A stretch of 64,000 nucleotides of DNA from Chthoniobacteraceae bacterium (lineage in GTDB: Bacteria; Verrucomicrobiota; Verrucomicrobiia; Chthoniobacterales; Chthoniobacteraceae), in the NCBI GenBank assembly GCA_037190965.1, contig JBBCKI010000068.1, positions 32,001 to 96,000 of the forward strand. Reading direction: 5' to 3'. Both the position numbers and the translations under genes were made by a program. This document shows, piece after piece, positions 37,627-47,570 of this stretch. Numbering within the stretch: position 1 is the first letter of the stretch; every line of letters starts with the position of its first letter. The notes beneath the pieces were generated by a model. It did no database searches. It was given only the letters and a program-made list of their open reading frames with translations, and was not told the DNA's origin.

Positions 37627-38946
37627 ATGTTGCCCGAAATTCGTACCCCCATCCCCGGACCTCGTTCCCGCGAGGCGGCGGAGATTTTGCGCCGGTTCGA
37701 GTCGCGCAATGTGACGTATCTCGACGCGGACTTTCCCATCTTCTGGCAGCGCGCGGAGGGAACCAACGTCTGGGATGCCGACGGCAACCGCTTTCTCGAC
37801 TGGACCTCGGCGTTTGGAGTGGCGGGGCTCGGGCATACGAACCCGGGCGTTCGCAACGCGCTCATCGAGCAATCCGGGAATCTCTTCCACGCGATGGGCG
37901 ATGTGCATCCCGCACTGCGTAAGGCGGAATTGTGCGCCCGGTTGAGCGCGCTGACGTTCGAGCGCTGGGGAGCCGGCGAGGGGAAGGTAATTTTGGGCAA
38001 TTCCGGGTTCGAGGCGGTGGAGGCCGCGCTCAAGACGGCGTTGCTTCGCACGGGGAAATCGGGGGTGATCGCTTTTGAAGGCGGCTACCACGGGCTCGGC
38101 TACGGGGCGCTCGAGGTGGTGGGCCTCCCGTATTTCCAGGACCCGTTTCGGGCGCAATTGGCGCAATTCGGCGCGGTCCTTCCGTTTCCATCCAGCGAGG
38201 ATGATTTGCAGAGAATGGAGGAGGGGATTAAGGCAGCCCTTGCGGAGAGGGAAATCGGGGCCATTCTTGCGGAACCGATCCAGGGGAGGGGAGGTGAGAG
38301 AGTGCCTCCAACCAATTTTCTCCGGAAGCTGCGCGAACTCTGCGACCGCCACGGGCTGCTTCTTATTCTGGATGAGATTTATACCGGCTTTAACCGCACC
38401 GGGGAGCTCTTTGCCTGCGAACGTGTTGGGGTGGTTCCCGATGTGATTTGCCTCGGCAAGGCGTTGACCTCCGGGTTTCCGCTATCCGCCTGCGTCGGGC
38501 GGGCCGATATTATGGATGCCTGGCCGCTCTCGGGAGGGGAAGCGTTGCATACCAGCACTTTTCTTGGAAACCCGCTCGGGTGTGCGATGGCGCTTGCCTC
38601 CCTGCATGAGCACGAAAAGCCGGAGACGGCGGCCAGGGTGAGGGAGCGGGGAGCACGCCTCAAGCAGGTGTTGGAGGAGATCCGTTCGCCTCATATCGAG
38701 GAGGTCCGTGGCGAGGGACTGCTGGTCGGGATGGAATTGCGTCTCGACGGAGGAGCCGTCAACGACTTGGTCAAGCGCGCTCTTCGCGACGGCTTGATTC
38801 TTCTGCAGAGCGGACCCGCGGGGAACGTGCTTGCTTTCACGCCCCCGTTTGCCATCAGCGACGAGGAGATCGGGTTTACCGCCGGGCGGATTCAGGGATA
38901 CTTGGGAACCCCGGCCTCGGTGGGTCTCGCAGGGTCGGTTTCATAA
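37627..38946 (+). CDS. Class III PLP aminotransferase (GabT/ArgD-like)
   Basis: GFEAVEAALK, EPIQGRGG, DEIYTGFNRTG, GKALTSG, STFLGNP. Confidence 0.88.
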   Translation: MLPEIRTPIPGPRSREAAEILRRFESRNVTYLDADFPIFWQRAEGTNVWDADGNRFLDWTSAFGVAGLGHTNPGVRNALIEQSGNLFHAMGDVHPALRKAELCARLSALTFERWGAGEGKVILGNSGFEAVEAALKTALLRTGKSGVIAFEGGYHGLGYGALEVVGLPYFQDPFRAQLAQFGAVLPFPSSEDDLQRMEEGIKAALAEREIGAILAEPIQGRGGERVPPTNFLRKLRELCDRHGLLLILDEIYTGFNRTGELFACERVGVVPDVICLGKALTSGFPLSACVGRADIMDAWPLSGGEALHTSTFLGNPLGCAMALASLHEHEKPETAARVRERGARLKQVLEEIRSPHIEEVRGEGLLVGMELRLDGGAVNDLVKRALRDGLILLQSGPAGNVLAFTPPFAISDEEIGFTAGRIQGYLGTPASVGLAGSVS

Positions 38947-39224
38947 TTGAGAACGACCTGTTGCACCGTGTTCGGTTTGAGTACCTCTTCCATGTACTTG
39001 ATGTAGTGGGCGTCGTCCTTGTAAGCAGCGAGTTTAGCCATCGATTCGACGTCGACAGCGACAAAAAACCCCCACTGATCGCCAGAAGAGACATTTCTCC
39101 CGCATCTTACCGAGAGGGCCTTGTCGATTTTGAGGAGGCTGGTGCGGGTTCGGCGCATCATCTCCTCCAGTTTCTGAGGAGAGACTCCGGGCTTTAGCTT
39201 ACAGAGCACGATGTGATGAACCAT
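38892..39224 (-). CDS. Dabb / stress-responsive A/B barrel protein
   Basis: MVHHIVLCKLKP...LAAYKDDAHY. Confidence 0.8.
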   Translation of the reverse strand: MVHHIVLCKLKPGVSPQKLEEMMRRTRTSLLKIDKALSVRCGRNVSSGDQWGFFVAVDVESMAKLAAYKDDAHYIKYMEEVLKPNTVQQVVLNYETDPARPTEAGVPKYP

Positions 39225-39384
39225 GGTTGGCGAATACCGAAATACCGAATAGGGGAATCGGTACAAGAAACAATTCGCGTGCCAGGGCGAGCCCGGGCGG
39301 TAGATCCGGAGCGGTTTTGCTGAATTCCCAACTCCGGACGAGGCTGCTAAGTCAGCGCACCTGGACCGATCCTTCTTCCCAGCC

Positions 39385-39954
39385 TTACCAGAGGCTCTGG
39401 AGTACTTCGATCTGGTCCCCCGGTTGAACGGGGAAATCCTTCGAGGGATCTTCTGAGATCTTGCGGATATCGATGATGGTCAGCTTTCCATCCCTCGAAA
39501 GGCGAACCTTCTTGCCCGCAAATTCGCTGAGCCCCCCTGCGGCGTTGATGGCGGACATGAACGTCAGATCGGGCGTGTAAACCACGCGCATGGGGGTTTT
39601 GACCGCCCCCCTGACGTTGACGAACCGGGCATTGTTCGAGACGAGCACGGCAACCGTCGGGTGGGTATAGATTTTATCGGCCTTGAGCTTTTGCTCGATG
39701 GCGGTCTGTAACTGGTTGGCTAGCAACCCTTTGCCTTTGATCAGGCCGATGTAGGGGAGATTCAACATCCCCGCGTCGTCGATGGTATAGGGAGCCGAGA
39801 ATTGCCCAACTTCCTCCGGGGGAACTCCGGAAAGCCGGATGTCGACGGTATCTCCGACCCGCAGCGCGCTTTGAGCGAAGGCGGTCGTGCCGAAGCCAAG
39901 CCCCAGGAATCCCACCAGGGCCAAAGTCAAGAGTGATGCAGGTAAACGTTTCAT
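39385..39954 (-). CDS. Polysaccharide export protein (Wza-like, Poly_export + SLBB)
   Basis: LRVGDTVDI, LNLPYIG, VRGAVKTP, AINAAGGLSEFA, PGDQIEV. Confidence 0.88.
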   Translation of the reverse strand: MKRLPASLLTLALVGFLGLGFGTTAFAQSALRVGDTVDIRLSGVPPEEVGQFSAPYTIDDAGMLNLPYIGLIKGKGLLANQLQTAIEQKLKADKIYTHPTVAVLVSNNARFVNVRGAVKTPMRVVYTPDLTFMSAINAAGGLSEFAGKKVRLSRDGKLTIIDIRKISEDPSKDFPVQPGDQIEVLQSLW

Positions 39955-39964
39955 CTCAAATTCT

Positions 39965-42100
39965 CTAGTAATCTCCCGGAGTCTGAACCGAGGGGGCTTC
40001 AACGGCGGCGGCCTTCTTCGACTTCTTGTTCGCTCCCGGGCGGTAATAGTCGTAGTACTGAGTGTAGTACTGATAATTCGTATCCCGCTGGGTGTCCACA
40101 TTGTTGAGAACCGCGCCGAGCAGGTTGCCCTTGGAGTGGAGCACAGACTGTTTGACCCGTTTGAGCATCGAGCGAGGGAAGCGGCGGTACTGCACCACCA
40201 TCAGGGTAACGTCAACAAGGCTGGTAAGAACCGCCGCGTCGCTCAATCCGAGGATAGGCGGGGAATCAAAGAAAATCAGGTCATAGTGTGGCTTCACCTT
40301 GGTGATGAAGTCCGCCATCTGCTGCGAGTTCAGGATGCCCCTGGAATCGTCGGGGAGTTCTCCACTGGGGATGAACCAGAGATTTTCAACGGCCGTTTTC
40401 TGGACGGCGTCCTCAACTCTGATCTGTCCCATCAAAATATCGGAAAGCCCCGATGTCTTCTCGACTCCGAAGTAAAGATGCTGGGAAGAACGGCGCAAAT
40501 CCGCGTCCACGACGAGGACCTTGTGCCCCGCCCGGGCATAGGTGTAGGCAAGATTGTTGATCGTGGTCGACTTTCCTTCGCCCACGCCACCGGAAACCAG
40601 GGTGATGGTGTTCCCATTCGGGTCTTTCCGGTTCAAATCGAGATTCGTCTGCAGGATGCGATACGCTTCGGCGTCGGGCGAATCGCCCGCCGTCTTGATC
40701 AGGGCGCAGATGCCTTTGGGAATGACGCCCAGCACGGAGACGTTGAGCAGTTTTTCGACGTCTTCGATGGTTTTGACGCTGGTGTCGAGGTACTCGAGGA
40801 AGAAGGCGATGCCCAAGCCGATGAACAGACCGCTGCCCATCGCGAGCGCCATATACATGAGGACGTCAGGCTTGGCGGGGTAGAGCGAAGGTTCCGCGTG
40901 CGCCCAGATCTTGGCCGGGTAAACCGACATGCTCATCTGCATTCTCTGGGTTTCGAGACGACTTTCCGCCGCTTCCATGACTTGTTTGGACTTCAGCCAC
41001 TTGCTCTTGGCGTTGGCGTAGCCCACGCTTTGTTTGCGGTCCTGATTGAAGAGCTCTTTGCTCTGTTGCAGCTTTTCATTCAAAACCTCCAGGGTGCTTT
41101 CCGCCACCTTCAGTCGTATCGCCAGCGAAGCGCGAACTGCTTCGATTTGCTCGGTGAGTTGGTTGGCAAAAACGTCCTTTTGAGCGCGCAGCGCATGAAC
41201 CCGGGGATGGTTTTCACCCAAGCCGGAGTTGAGCATTCTCGCTTCTTCAACGATCGAGTCCTGATAGAGCGGAAGGATCTTCGAGACCGTGGCATCCTCA
41301 ATATTGAGGGTGCGGAGAGCGGTCATCAATTCTTCGGGCTTGAGCTTGTCGGTCTGTTCCAACTGGGAGCGGAGCTCGGCGATTCGGATTTTGTGCTCGT
41401 TGACCTGTCCCTCATACTGGGTAACGGCGGTGCGCGCACTGCTCTCGGAGGACTCCAGGTTTTCAGGGTTAAGGTCGACGATTCCTTCTTCGATGCGGAT
41501 GCGGTGGACCTCGGCCTGGTCGTCATCGACATCCTTGCGCTTCTTCACCACCTCTTCCTCCAACTGCGCCAAGCCTTGCTTGACCTGGTTCAACTGGTCG
41601 GCGCGCCGGCGATCCTGGTAAATCTTGGCGATGGTGTTGGCGATATCGGCCGCTTCGCGCGGATCGGTGGAAAACACCCCGATATTGATCATGTCGGTGT
41701 TGCGCACCTCCTGGGATTTGCCCAGCTTCTTGCGGAGAATAAAATAGGCCTGCTCCATCGGGATGCGCTGGCCCGCGGGCGCCCAGGTCTCGGTAAGGCG
41801 CAGATTCTCAATGACCGGATAGAGGACTTCCTTACTCTGGATGATCTGGAACTGGGTGGGAGCCAGGCTCCTTTCTCCGGTCATGCGCAGACCATTGTCG
41901 TTGGTGAAGATCTGCATCCCGGTATTGTCCGGTTTGACCTCCATGGTGACCGACGAAAAATATTCGCGCGGGAGGAAGTAGCAGGTGACGCCCGCAATGG
42001 CCGTCACGAAAAGGAAGGCGATAAGTACGAAAGGCCAGCGATATTTCAGGACTCGCCAATAATCGAGAAAGTGCAGATTTACTTCGCTGGAATCATTCAT
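39965..42100 (-). CDS. wzc: Polysaccharide co-polymerase / tyrosine autokinase (Wzc-like)
   Basis: Two TMs, GEGKST, DADLR, FDSPP, C-terminal Tyr cluster YQYYTQYYDYY. Confidence 0.9.
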   Translation of the reverse strand: MNDSSEVNLHFLDYWRVLKYRWPFVLIAFLFVTAIAGVTCYFLPREYFSSVTMEVKPDNTGMQIFTNDNGLRMTGERSLAPTQFQIIQSKEVLYPVIENLRLTETWAPAGQRIPMEQAYFILRKKLGKSQEVRNTDMINIGVFSTDPREAADIANTIAKIYQDRRRADQLNQVKQGLAQLEEEVVKKRKDVDDDQAEVHRIRIEEGIVDLNPENLESSESSARTAVTQYEGQVNEHKIRIAELRSQLEQTDKLKPEELMTALRTLNIEDATVSKILPLYQDSIVEEARMLNSGLGENHPRVHALRAQKDVFANQLTEQIEAVRASLAIRLKVAESTLEVLNEKLQQSKELFNQDRKQSVGYANAKSKWLKSKQVMEAAESRLETQRMQMSMSVYPAKIWAHAEPSLYPAKPDVLMYMALAMGSGLFIGLGIAFFLEYLDTSVKTIEDVEKLLNVSVLGVIPKGICALIKTAGDSPDAEAYRILQTNLDLNRKDPNGNTITLVSGGVGEGKSTTINNLAYTYARAGHKVLVVDADLRRSSQHLYFGVEKTSGLSDILMGQIRVEDAVQKTAVENLWFIPSGELPDDSRGILNSQQMADFITKVKPHYDLIFFDSPPILGLSDAAVLTSLVDVTLMVVQYRRFPRSMLKRVKQSVLHSKGNLLGAVLNNVDTQRDTNYQYYTQYYDYYRPGANKKSKKAAAVEAPSVQTPGDY

Positions 42101-42310
42101 TGGGGACAGAGGGTGATGAGCAGATTTCGCTGAACCTACGTGTTAGGGCGAACAGCGCAAGTCTAACTTCCTTTGCAATGTTTAGAATAGGTGATGGGAC
42201 CCCTGGTGAGCGAGCACTCGGAGAGAGCGACTGGTCCTGGAAGAGGAGGCCATTTCGGCATGGCAGGCGAAGGGTAAATGCCGCCCTCTTGCTTGGTTCT
42301 TCAGAGCGTC

Positions 42311-42407
42311 CTAGGGTGTGTTCACTAATTCGCTGAAGTCGGCTAAGAGCCATTTTTGGGCCAAAAATTGATCTTTTATCCTCATTTCTCAATTCGTGAA
42401 CACGCCG
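42311..42407. mobile_element. MITE family D, copy 3 (internally deleted)
   Basis: CTAGGGTGTGTTCACTAATTCGCTGAAGTCGGCTAA...CTTTTATCC...CAATTCGTGAACACGCC. Confidence 0.75.
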
Positions 42408-42488
42408 AGGATAGCGGACTCGTAGTAGGCGGCATCAGAAGACCAGCCTGGAAAGGAATTCGGTTCGAGGCAGCAAAACCGAAGGAGG

Positions 42489-43826
42489 CTAGAAATGATA
42501 CGTCGCGCCCACGGAAACTTCGTTCCGGATGTAGTCTGAATTCGAAAAATCCGAGATGTTCTGGGAGCGGTTGTAGTTCCCAAAGATGGTCAGGGAACGG
42601 GTCGCGATGAATTCCAGCCGCGCGTTTCCGCTGATGAGTTGCTGTGTATCGCGGGAGTCGGTCAGCAGCCCCTTGTAAGTTTCATGCGCGTAGCTGACTC
42701 CGAGCGATCCATTGAGACGGGGAGTCAAAATCTGGCTGATACTCAGGCCGGTACGGAAGGTTTGGTTGCGATTGAAGGGCTGGTTGGCTTCTTCGAATCC
42801 GAACCGGGTGGTCCACTGTAAGAGCGAGCCACGGCCATAGCGGTAGCCCAGAGCTGATTCGAAATAAGGCGAGGTGGCATCGTCCGCGTTGGACAATTCG
42901 AATTGACGGAATGAGACACCTCCACGGAAAGTGCTGGTCAGGCGGGGAGTCATCAGCCAGTCGAAACCGGCCATCACTGACTCCGTTTTGGAATTACGAA
43001 TCTCGCCGTCGTAATTAATCTGTGAGAATCGCACTTCCGCCACCCCGGTAAAGCGGGGGGCAAATAGATAGCGGAACGATTCACCCACGAACCACTCGAC
43101 GTAGTTTGAATCCTGTGATTCGCTGTCCCTGAAGATCTGGGTATTAACCCCGAAGGAGGTGTTGGTCGTGAACGTCGGGGTCCAGCGGTAGCTCAGGTCA
43201 AACAGACTGGCGAGGTTGAAGTAATCTCCCGAATTGACTCTGGGGGTGTTGGGAAGGCTTAGGTTTGGCTGGCTGTAGTACCCGGCGTTAACCCTGGCGT
43301 TCAACTGGACGCGAGGTGTGATGCTGTAAGCGAACGCAGAAGAAAGCGTGCCGACCGGGGAGATCTGGCTGTTTGGCTTATCCCAGTAGTAAAGCGCGCC
43401 TGCATTGGCGCCAAACGACAGGAATGCGCGCGGGGTGTTCAGCAGGAGATTGACGCCCGCGGTGGCCTGTGTGGTTGCGCTTCCTTTTTTCGGGGCGGCG
43501 CCATTCTTGCCGGAGCTGGAATAAATATTGTCGTTGTAGCCGGTCTGGATCGTGAGCGAGAAGTCGACTGGAGGGCGTGCGTAAATCCCTGTGCCTGGGG
43601 CGATTGTCTCAGGGAGGTATCCGTAGCCACCCGGGAAGAAAAAGCTGGGAACTTCCGGTTCGACGGAGGTCTCCGTGGTCGTCGTCTCGACGAAGGTCGA
43701 GGACTCCGTTACCGCGCTCCCTTCCGTTGAGGCGGCTGAAAAAGTGTCGGAGCCTTCCTGTGCGACAAGGGGACTGGCGGCAACAAAAAGCGCCAGGGAT
43801 GAGCGGGAGAGAAATTTGTGAATCAT
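42489..43826 (-). CDS. Outer-membrane beta-barrel protein (exopolysaccharide-associated)
   Basis: Signal peptide, amphipathic beta strands, GYNDNI, C-terminal ATYHF. Confidence 0.8.
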   Translation of the reverse strand: MIHKFLSRSSLALFVAASPLVAQEGSDTFSAASTEGSAVTESSTFVETTTTETSVEPEVPSFFFPGGYGYLPETIAPGTGIYARPPVDFSLTIQTGYNDNIYSSSGKNGAAPKKGSATTQATAGVNLLLNTPRAFLSFGANAGALYYWDKPNSQISPVGTLSSAFAYSITPRVQLNARVNAGYYSQPNLSLPNTPRVNSGDYFNLASLFDLSYRWTPTFTTNTSFGVNTQIFRDSESQDSNYVEWFVGESFRYLFAPRFTGVAEVRFSQINYDGEIRNSKTESVMAGFDWLMTPRLTSTFRGGVSFRQFELSNADDATSPYFESALGYRYGRGSLLQWTTRFGFEEANQPFNRNQTFRTGLSISQILTPRLNGSLGVSYAHETYKGLLTDSRDTQQLISGNARLEFIATRSLTIFGNYNRSQNISDFSNSDYIRNEVSVGATYHF

Positions 43827-44070
43827 GCGAACTGGAACTTTGGAAGGCGACTAACGACACCGGTGGCAGCCCTTTTTCTTAGCCAATTGGAGAGGGGTTT
43901 GCAAATGATTCTTTCTCTGTAGGTTCTGCGGATTAATGCGGAGGACTATGGCAGAACGGCAAGGAAGATACGAGGATGATCTGTCGGCCGCGGCCTCTCC
44001 CTGTGCGGTTGTTTGAGCAAACCACGTGCCTGGGCTTGCGGCGCATCCCGTTTTTCTGGTAGCAGCAGAT

Positions 44071-44598
44071 ATGACCGATCCGCTTGCAGCTTTGAGGGCC
44101 GCCGTTCGAGACGTTCCGGATTTTCCAAAACAAGGGATTCTCTTCAAGGATATCACACCGATCCTGGCCGATGGAGCACTGTTCCGGCGCGCGGTTGACT
44201 GTTTTATAGAGGTCAACGCCTCCCGCAAAATCGACAAGGTCGTAGGCATTGACGCCCGGGGTTTTCTATTTGGGGCTGCGGCGGCCTATGCATTGGGGGT
44301 TGGCTTCGTTCCGGTGCGGAAAAAGGGCAAGCTTCCCTATCGTGCGGAGTCGGTTTCCTATGCTCTGGAGTATGGCGAATCGAACGTGGAAATCCATGTT
44401 GACGCCATCGCCCCCGGGGAAAAGATCGTTTTGATTGACGATCTTCTGGCCACGGGAGGAACCGCCGCCGCTGCCGCGGAGTTGATCTCCAAGGTGGGCG
44501 GCGAACTGATCGAGGCCCAATTTTTGATCGAACTGGAATTTCTCAAGGGGAGATCGCTGTTGGGTGACTTTCCGGTGCGCTCCTTCATCAAGTTTTAG
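44071..44598 (+). CDS. apt: Adenine phosphoribosyltransferase
   Basis: PDFPKQGILFKDI, RKKGKLP, YALEYG, IDDLLATGGT. Confidence 0.96.
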   Translation: MTDPLAALRAAVRDVPDFPKQGILFKDITPILADGALFRRAVDCFIEVNASRKIDKVVGIDARGFLFGAAAAYALGVGFVPVRKKGKLPYRAESVSYALEYGESNVEIHVDAIAPGEKIVLIDDLLATGGTAAAAAELISKVGGELIEAQFLIELEFLKGRSLLGDFPVRSFIKF

Positions 44599-44660
44599 AA
44601 CCATCTGCAGGTTCGGCCCGCCCTCGCGAGAGGAGGCGGATCCATGCGGAGAAGGGTATC

Positions 44661-47381
44661 ATGACTTCCGGCAATTCCATATCGGCTCGATTCCTTCGAC
44701 TCCGTCTCTGGTTGCTCGATGCGCCCGGTTTTCGCGCCCGGTTGCTGGGGGTGTTCCTGCTCGGGGTCGTCTCCATTCTCGCGCTTGTCGTGATTTTCGT
44801 GATGGCGGCGGTCCAGTTTTATCACGCCAGTGCGGCCAGCGATCTCGGTTTCGACCGCATGGAACTCCTGAGGACGACGGCCTATTTGCTGGCCGGGTTG
44901 GTTGCCCTGGGCGGTTTGGGCTTCTCCGTGTGGCTCCTGTTCAAGCTGCACGAGGAACATGCCTCCCGCATGGAAAGGGACACGATCTTCGCACGGTCCA
45001 TCATCGAGGCCAGTCCCGACGCGATCCTGACTGTTGACGTCAACGGAGCCATCCAGTCGTGCAACCCCGCCACGGAGGTGATGTTCGGTTACGAACCGGG
45101 GCGGCTGATCGGGCAGAAGATCGCCAAGCTGATCCCCCAGCGCAATTTCCTGAATGACGTGGCGACGCTCGGGCGGGGAGCCTTCATGGCGTTCGGGCAG
45201 CGTCAGAACTTCATCACCTTTCCGGTGGAAGTGGCCGTCTCCGAGGCCGCCAACCTGGGGCAGCGGCTCTTCATCGTCCTGATCCATGACGCCTCAGAGC
45301 GCCGCCACTCCCAGGAGACGGTTCACCATATCTCACTGAGTGTTTCATCGATGACCGGCGAGGAGTTCGTTCGTACCCTTCTCCAGCAGCTTTCCCAGAT
45401 CCTTCAGAACGACTTCGCGTTTGTGCTGGAGACCGACAATCGCCCCGGCACCGGGATTTGCTCCCTGATGGTGGCCGAGCGCGGGCGCATTCGGAGCAAG
45501 AGCGACCATAACCTCGCCGGGACGGCCTTCGCGGAGGCGCTGGCCAATGGCTTTGCTGCCTATCCCCGCGCGGTCCGGGACTCCTTTCCGCACGACGGGA
45601 TTCTCCATTCGCTCGACGCCGAGAGCTTCATCGGCACGCCGCTTTGCGATTCGGGTGGTGGCACCGTCGGGTTGATCGGGGTCATCAGCCGCGCGCCGAT
45701 GGAGAGCGTGGGGGTCGCCAAGCAGACACTCCAGATCTTCGCGACCCGAGCCGCCGCCGAAATCGCCCGCAAGCAGGAGGCGGAAGTGCTCGCCTCGGAA
45801 AAGGAGCGCCTGCACGGGGATTACACCGTCATGCGCGATACGGCGGAGCGGGAGCGCAAGCGGTACGAGGAAGATATCGCGGCGGAGCAGGAGATGCTGG
45901 CGGTGACGCTCCGCTCCATCCGGGAGGGATGCATCACCACCGACAACGATGGCCTCATCATGATGCTTAACCCGATGGCCGAGGATCTTACCGGCTGGAC
46001 CCAGCCGGAAGCCGCCGATCGCCGCCTTGGGGAGGTTCTCAAGCTGCTGGCGCGACGAAACCGCAGGGCGCTGGACGCCGACGATCTGCCCGACCGCCCC
46101 GAGCAACTCGGCGCTCCGATGATCCTGGTCTCGCGCGAAGGCGTCGAGCGGGTCATCGAAATCAGCGCCGCCCCGATCCGGGACCGGCAGGAACGGAAGC
46201 TCGGAACCGTTCTCGTCTTTCGGGACGTCACGGAAAAAAGCCGCGTGGAAGAGGAACGGCAGAAGGCGGAAAAGCTCGAATCACTCGGGCTTGCGGCCGG
46301 GGGGATCGCGCACGACTTCAACAACCTGCTCACCGCCATCATCGGCAATCTCTCGCTGGCGCTCGCGCAAGCCACCGACAGCACGCGCGAGCGGGTGGAG
46401 GCTTCGAAGAAAGCGAGCCTGCGGGCTCAGGATCTTGCCCAGCAACTGCTGACCTTTGCCAAAGGGGGCGCGCCGATCAAGAAGACCGCCTCGATGCGCC
46501 AACTCGTGCTCGATACGGTCGGCTTCTCTCTCAGCGGCACCAATATCCGGTCGGATTTTTCCATCCCGGAGGATCTATGGCCGGTCGATATCGACGCCGG
46601 GCAGATCAGCCAGGTGATCAGCAACCTCGCCGTGAACGCCGTCCAGGCGATGGCGCGGGGCGGCACCTTCCATGTTTGCGGCGAGAATCTCGACGTGAAA
46701 GAGCAGGACGCGCCCCCCACGCTCAGACCGGGCCGCTATGTTCGCATTTGCGTGCGGGACGAAGGCCCCGGCATCCCCGACGAGATCCAGAAGAAGATCT
46801 TCGACCCGTATTTCACCACGAAGCCCAAGGGGAGCGGGTTGGGGCTGGCGACTTCCTATTCCATCGTCAAGAACCACGACGGGTTGATCCAACTGGAGTC
46901 GAACCCCGCGGTCGGCGGGGCCAAGTTCATCGTCTATCTGCCCGCCTCCGAGGCAGAGATCATCCCGGAGGAAGCGCCCGCCATCGCGAGCGTCGCCCGC
47001 GAAGGGAATATCCTCGTGCTCGACGACGAGGAGGTCATCTGCGAACTGGTCTCCTACGCGTTGACGCCCCTCGGCTATACCGTCGCGCAGGCTTACGATG
47101 CCGACACCGCGCTCCGGATGTACCAGGAAGCGCTCGCACAAGGGAAACCGTTCGACGTGGTCATCATGGACCTCACCATCCCCGGCGGCATGGGCGGCAA
47201 GGAGGCGATCGTCAAGCTCCGGGAGATCGACCCGAAGGCGAAAGCCATCGTCTCCAGCGGCTACGCCATGGACCCGATCATGAGCAAGTTCCGCGACTAC
47301 GGTTTCTCCGGGGTCATCGCAAAGCCCTACGACATCAATGAGCTGGAGCTGGTCGTCGGAGGGCTGATCGCGGAGGAATAA
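44661..47381 (+). CDS. Hybrid sensor histidine kinase (2TM-PAS-GAF-PAS-HisKA-HATPase-REC)
   Basis: AHDFNNLL, NAVQAM, DEGPGI, FTTKPKGSGLGL, receiver LDDE/MDLTIP/KP. Confidence 0.93.
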   Translation: MTSGNSISARFLRLRLWLLDAPGFRARLLGVFLLGVVSILALVVIFVMAAVQFYHASAASDLGFDRMELLRTTAYLLAGLVALGGLGFSVWLLFKLHEEHASRMERDTIFARSIIEASPDAILTVDVNGAIQSCNPATEVMFGYEPGRLIGQKIAKLIPQRNFLNDVATLGRGAFMAFGQRQNFITFPVEVAVSEAANLGQRLFIVLIHDASERRHSQETVHHISLSVSSMTGEEFVRTLLQQLSQILQNDFAFVLETDNRPGTGICSLMVAERGRIRSKSDHNLAGTAFAEALANGFAAYPRAVRDSFPHDGILHSLDAESFIGTPLCDSGGGTVGLIGVISRAPMESVGVAKQTLQIFATRAAAEIARKQEAEVLASEKERLHGDYTVMRDTAERERKRYEEDIAAEQEMLAVTLRSIREGCITTDNDGLIMMLNPMAEDLTGWTQPEAADRRLGEVLKLLARRNRRALDADDLPDRPEQLGAPMILVSREGVERVIEISAAPIRDRQERKLGTVLVFRDVTEKSRVEEERQKAEKLESLGLAAGGIAHDFNNLLTAIIGNLSLALAQATDSTRERVEASKKASLRAQDLAQQLLTFAKGGAPIKKTASMRQLVLDTVGFSLSGTNIRSDFSIPEDLWPVDIDAGQISQVISNLAVNAVQAMARGGTFHVCGENLDVKEQDAPPTLRPGRYVRICVRDEGPGIPDEIQKKIFDPYFTTKPKGSGLGLATSYSIVKNHDGLIQLESNPAVGGAKFIVYLPASEAEIIPEEAPAIASVAREGNILVLDDEEVICELVSYALTPLGYTVAQAYDADTALRMYQEALAQGKPFDVVIMDLTIPGGMGGKEAIVKLREIDPKAKAIVSSGYAMDPIMSKFRDYGFSGVIAKPYDINELELVVGGLIAEE

Positions 47382-47406
47382 GCGATCGATTTGGAAGGAC
47401 CCGCGA

Positions 47407-47552
47407 GGTAGTCCGCGGGATCGGTGAAGAGTCGCGTTGGGGGCTCCATCCCCGCAGGACGGGCTGCTGGTGCTGAGATGTGGCTCTCACGAAGCCAAGG
47501 AGTTCGATACCCGCGCTCGACGGCGCGAGCGTGCTACCGGTGCTGCCGCATC
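47407..47552 (+). repeat. REPIN-like family A, copy 4 (left REP palindrome deleted)
   Basis: GGTAGTCCGCGGGA...CATCCCCGCAGGACGG...GCGAGCGTGCTACCGGTGCTGCCGCATC. Confidence 0.85.
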
Positions 47553-47570
47553 ATCGCCTCCAGAGGACGA

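Noticed and set aside
39231..39251. Short tandem AATACCGA repeat upstream of the Dabb gene
   Set aside because: Only about two units; too short to assign a function.
39887..42133. 748-aa plus-strand ORF, and similar long ORFs at 765-2159, 14574-16121, 36445-38352, 4910-6133 and 17334-18425
   Set aside because: Antisense shadows of clearly recognisable genes in GC-rich DNA; no motifs of their own.
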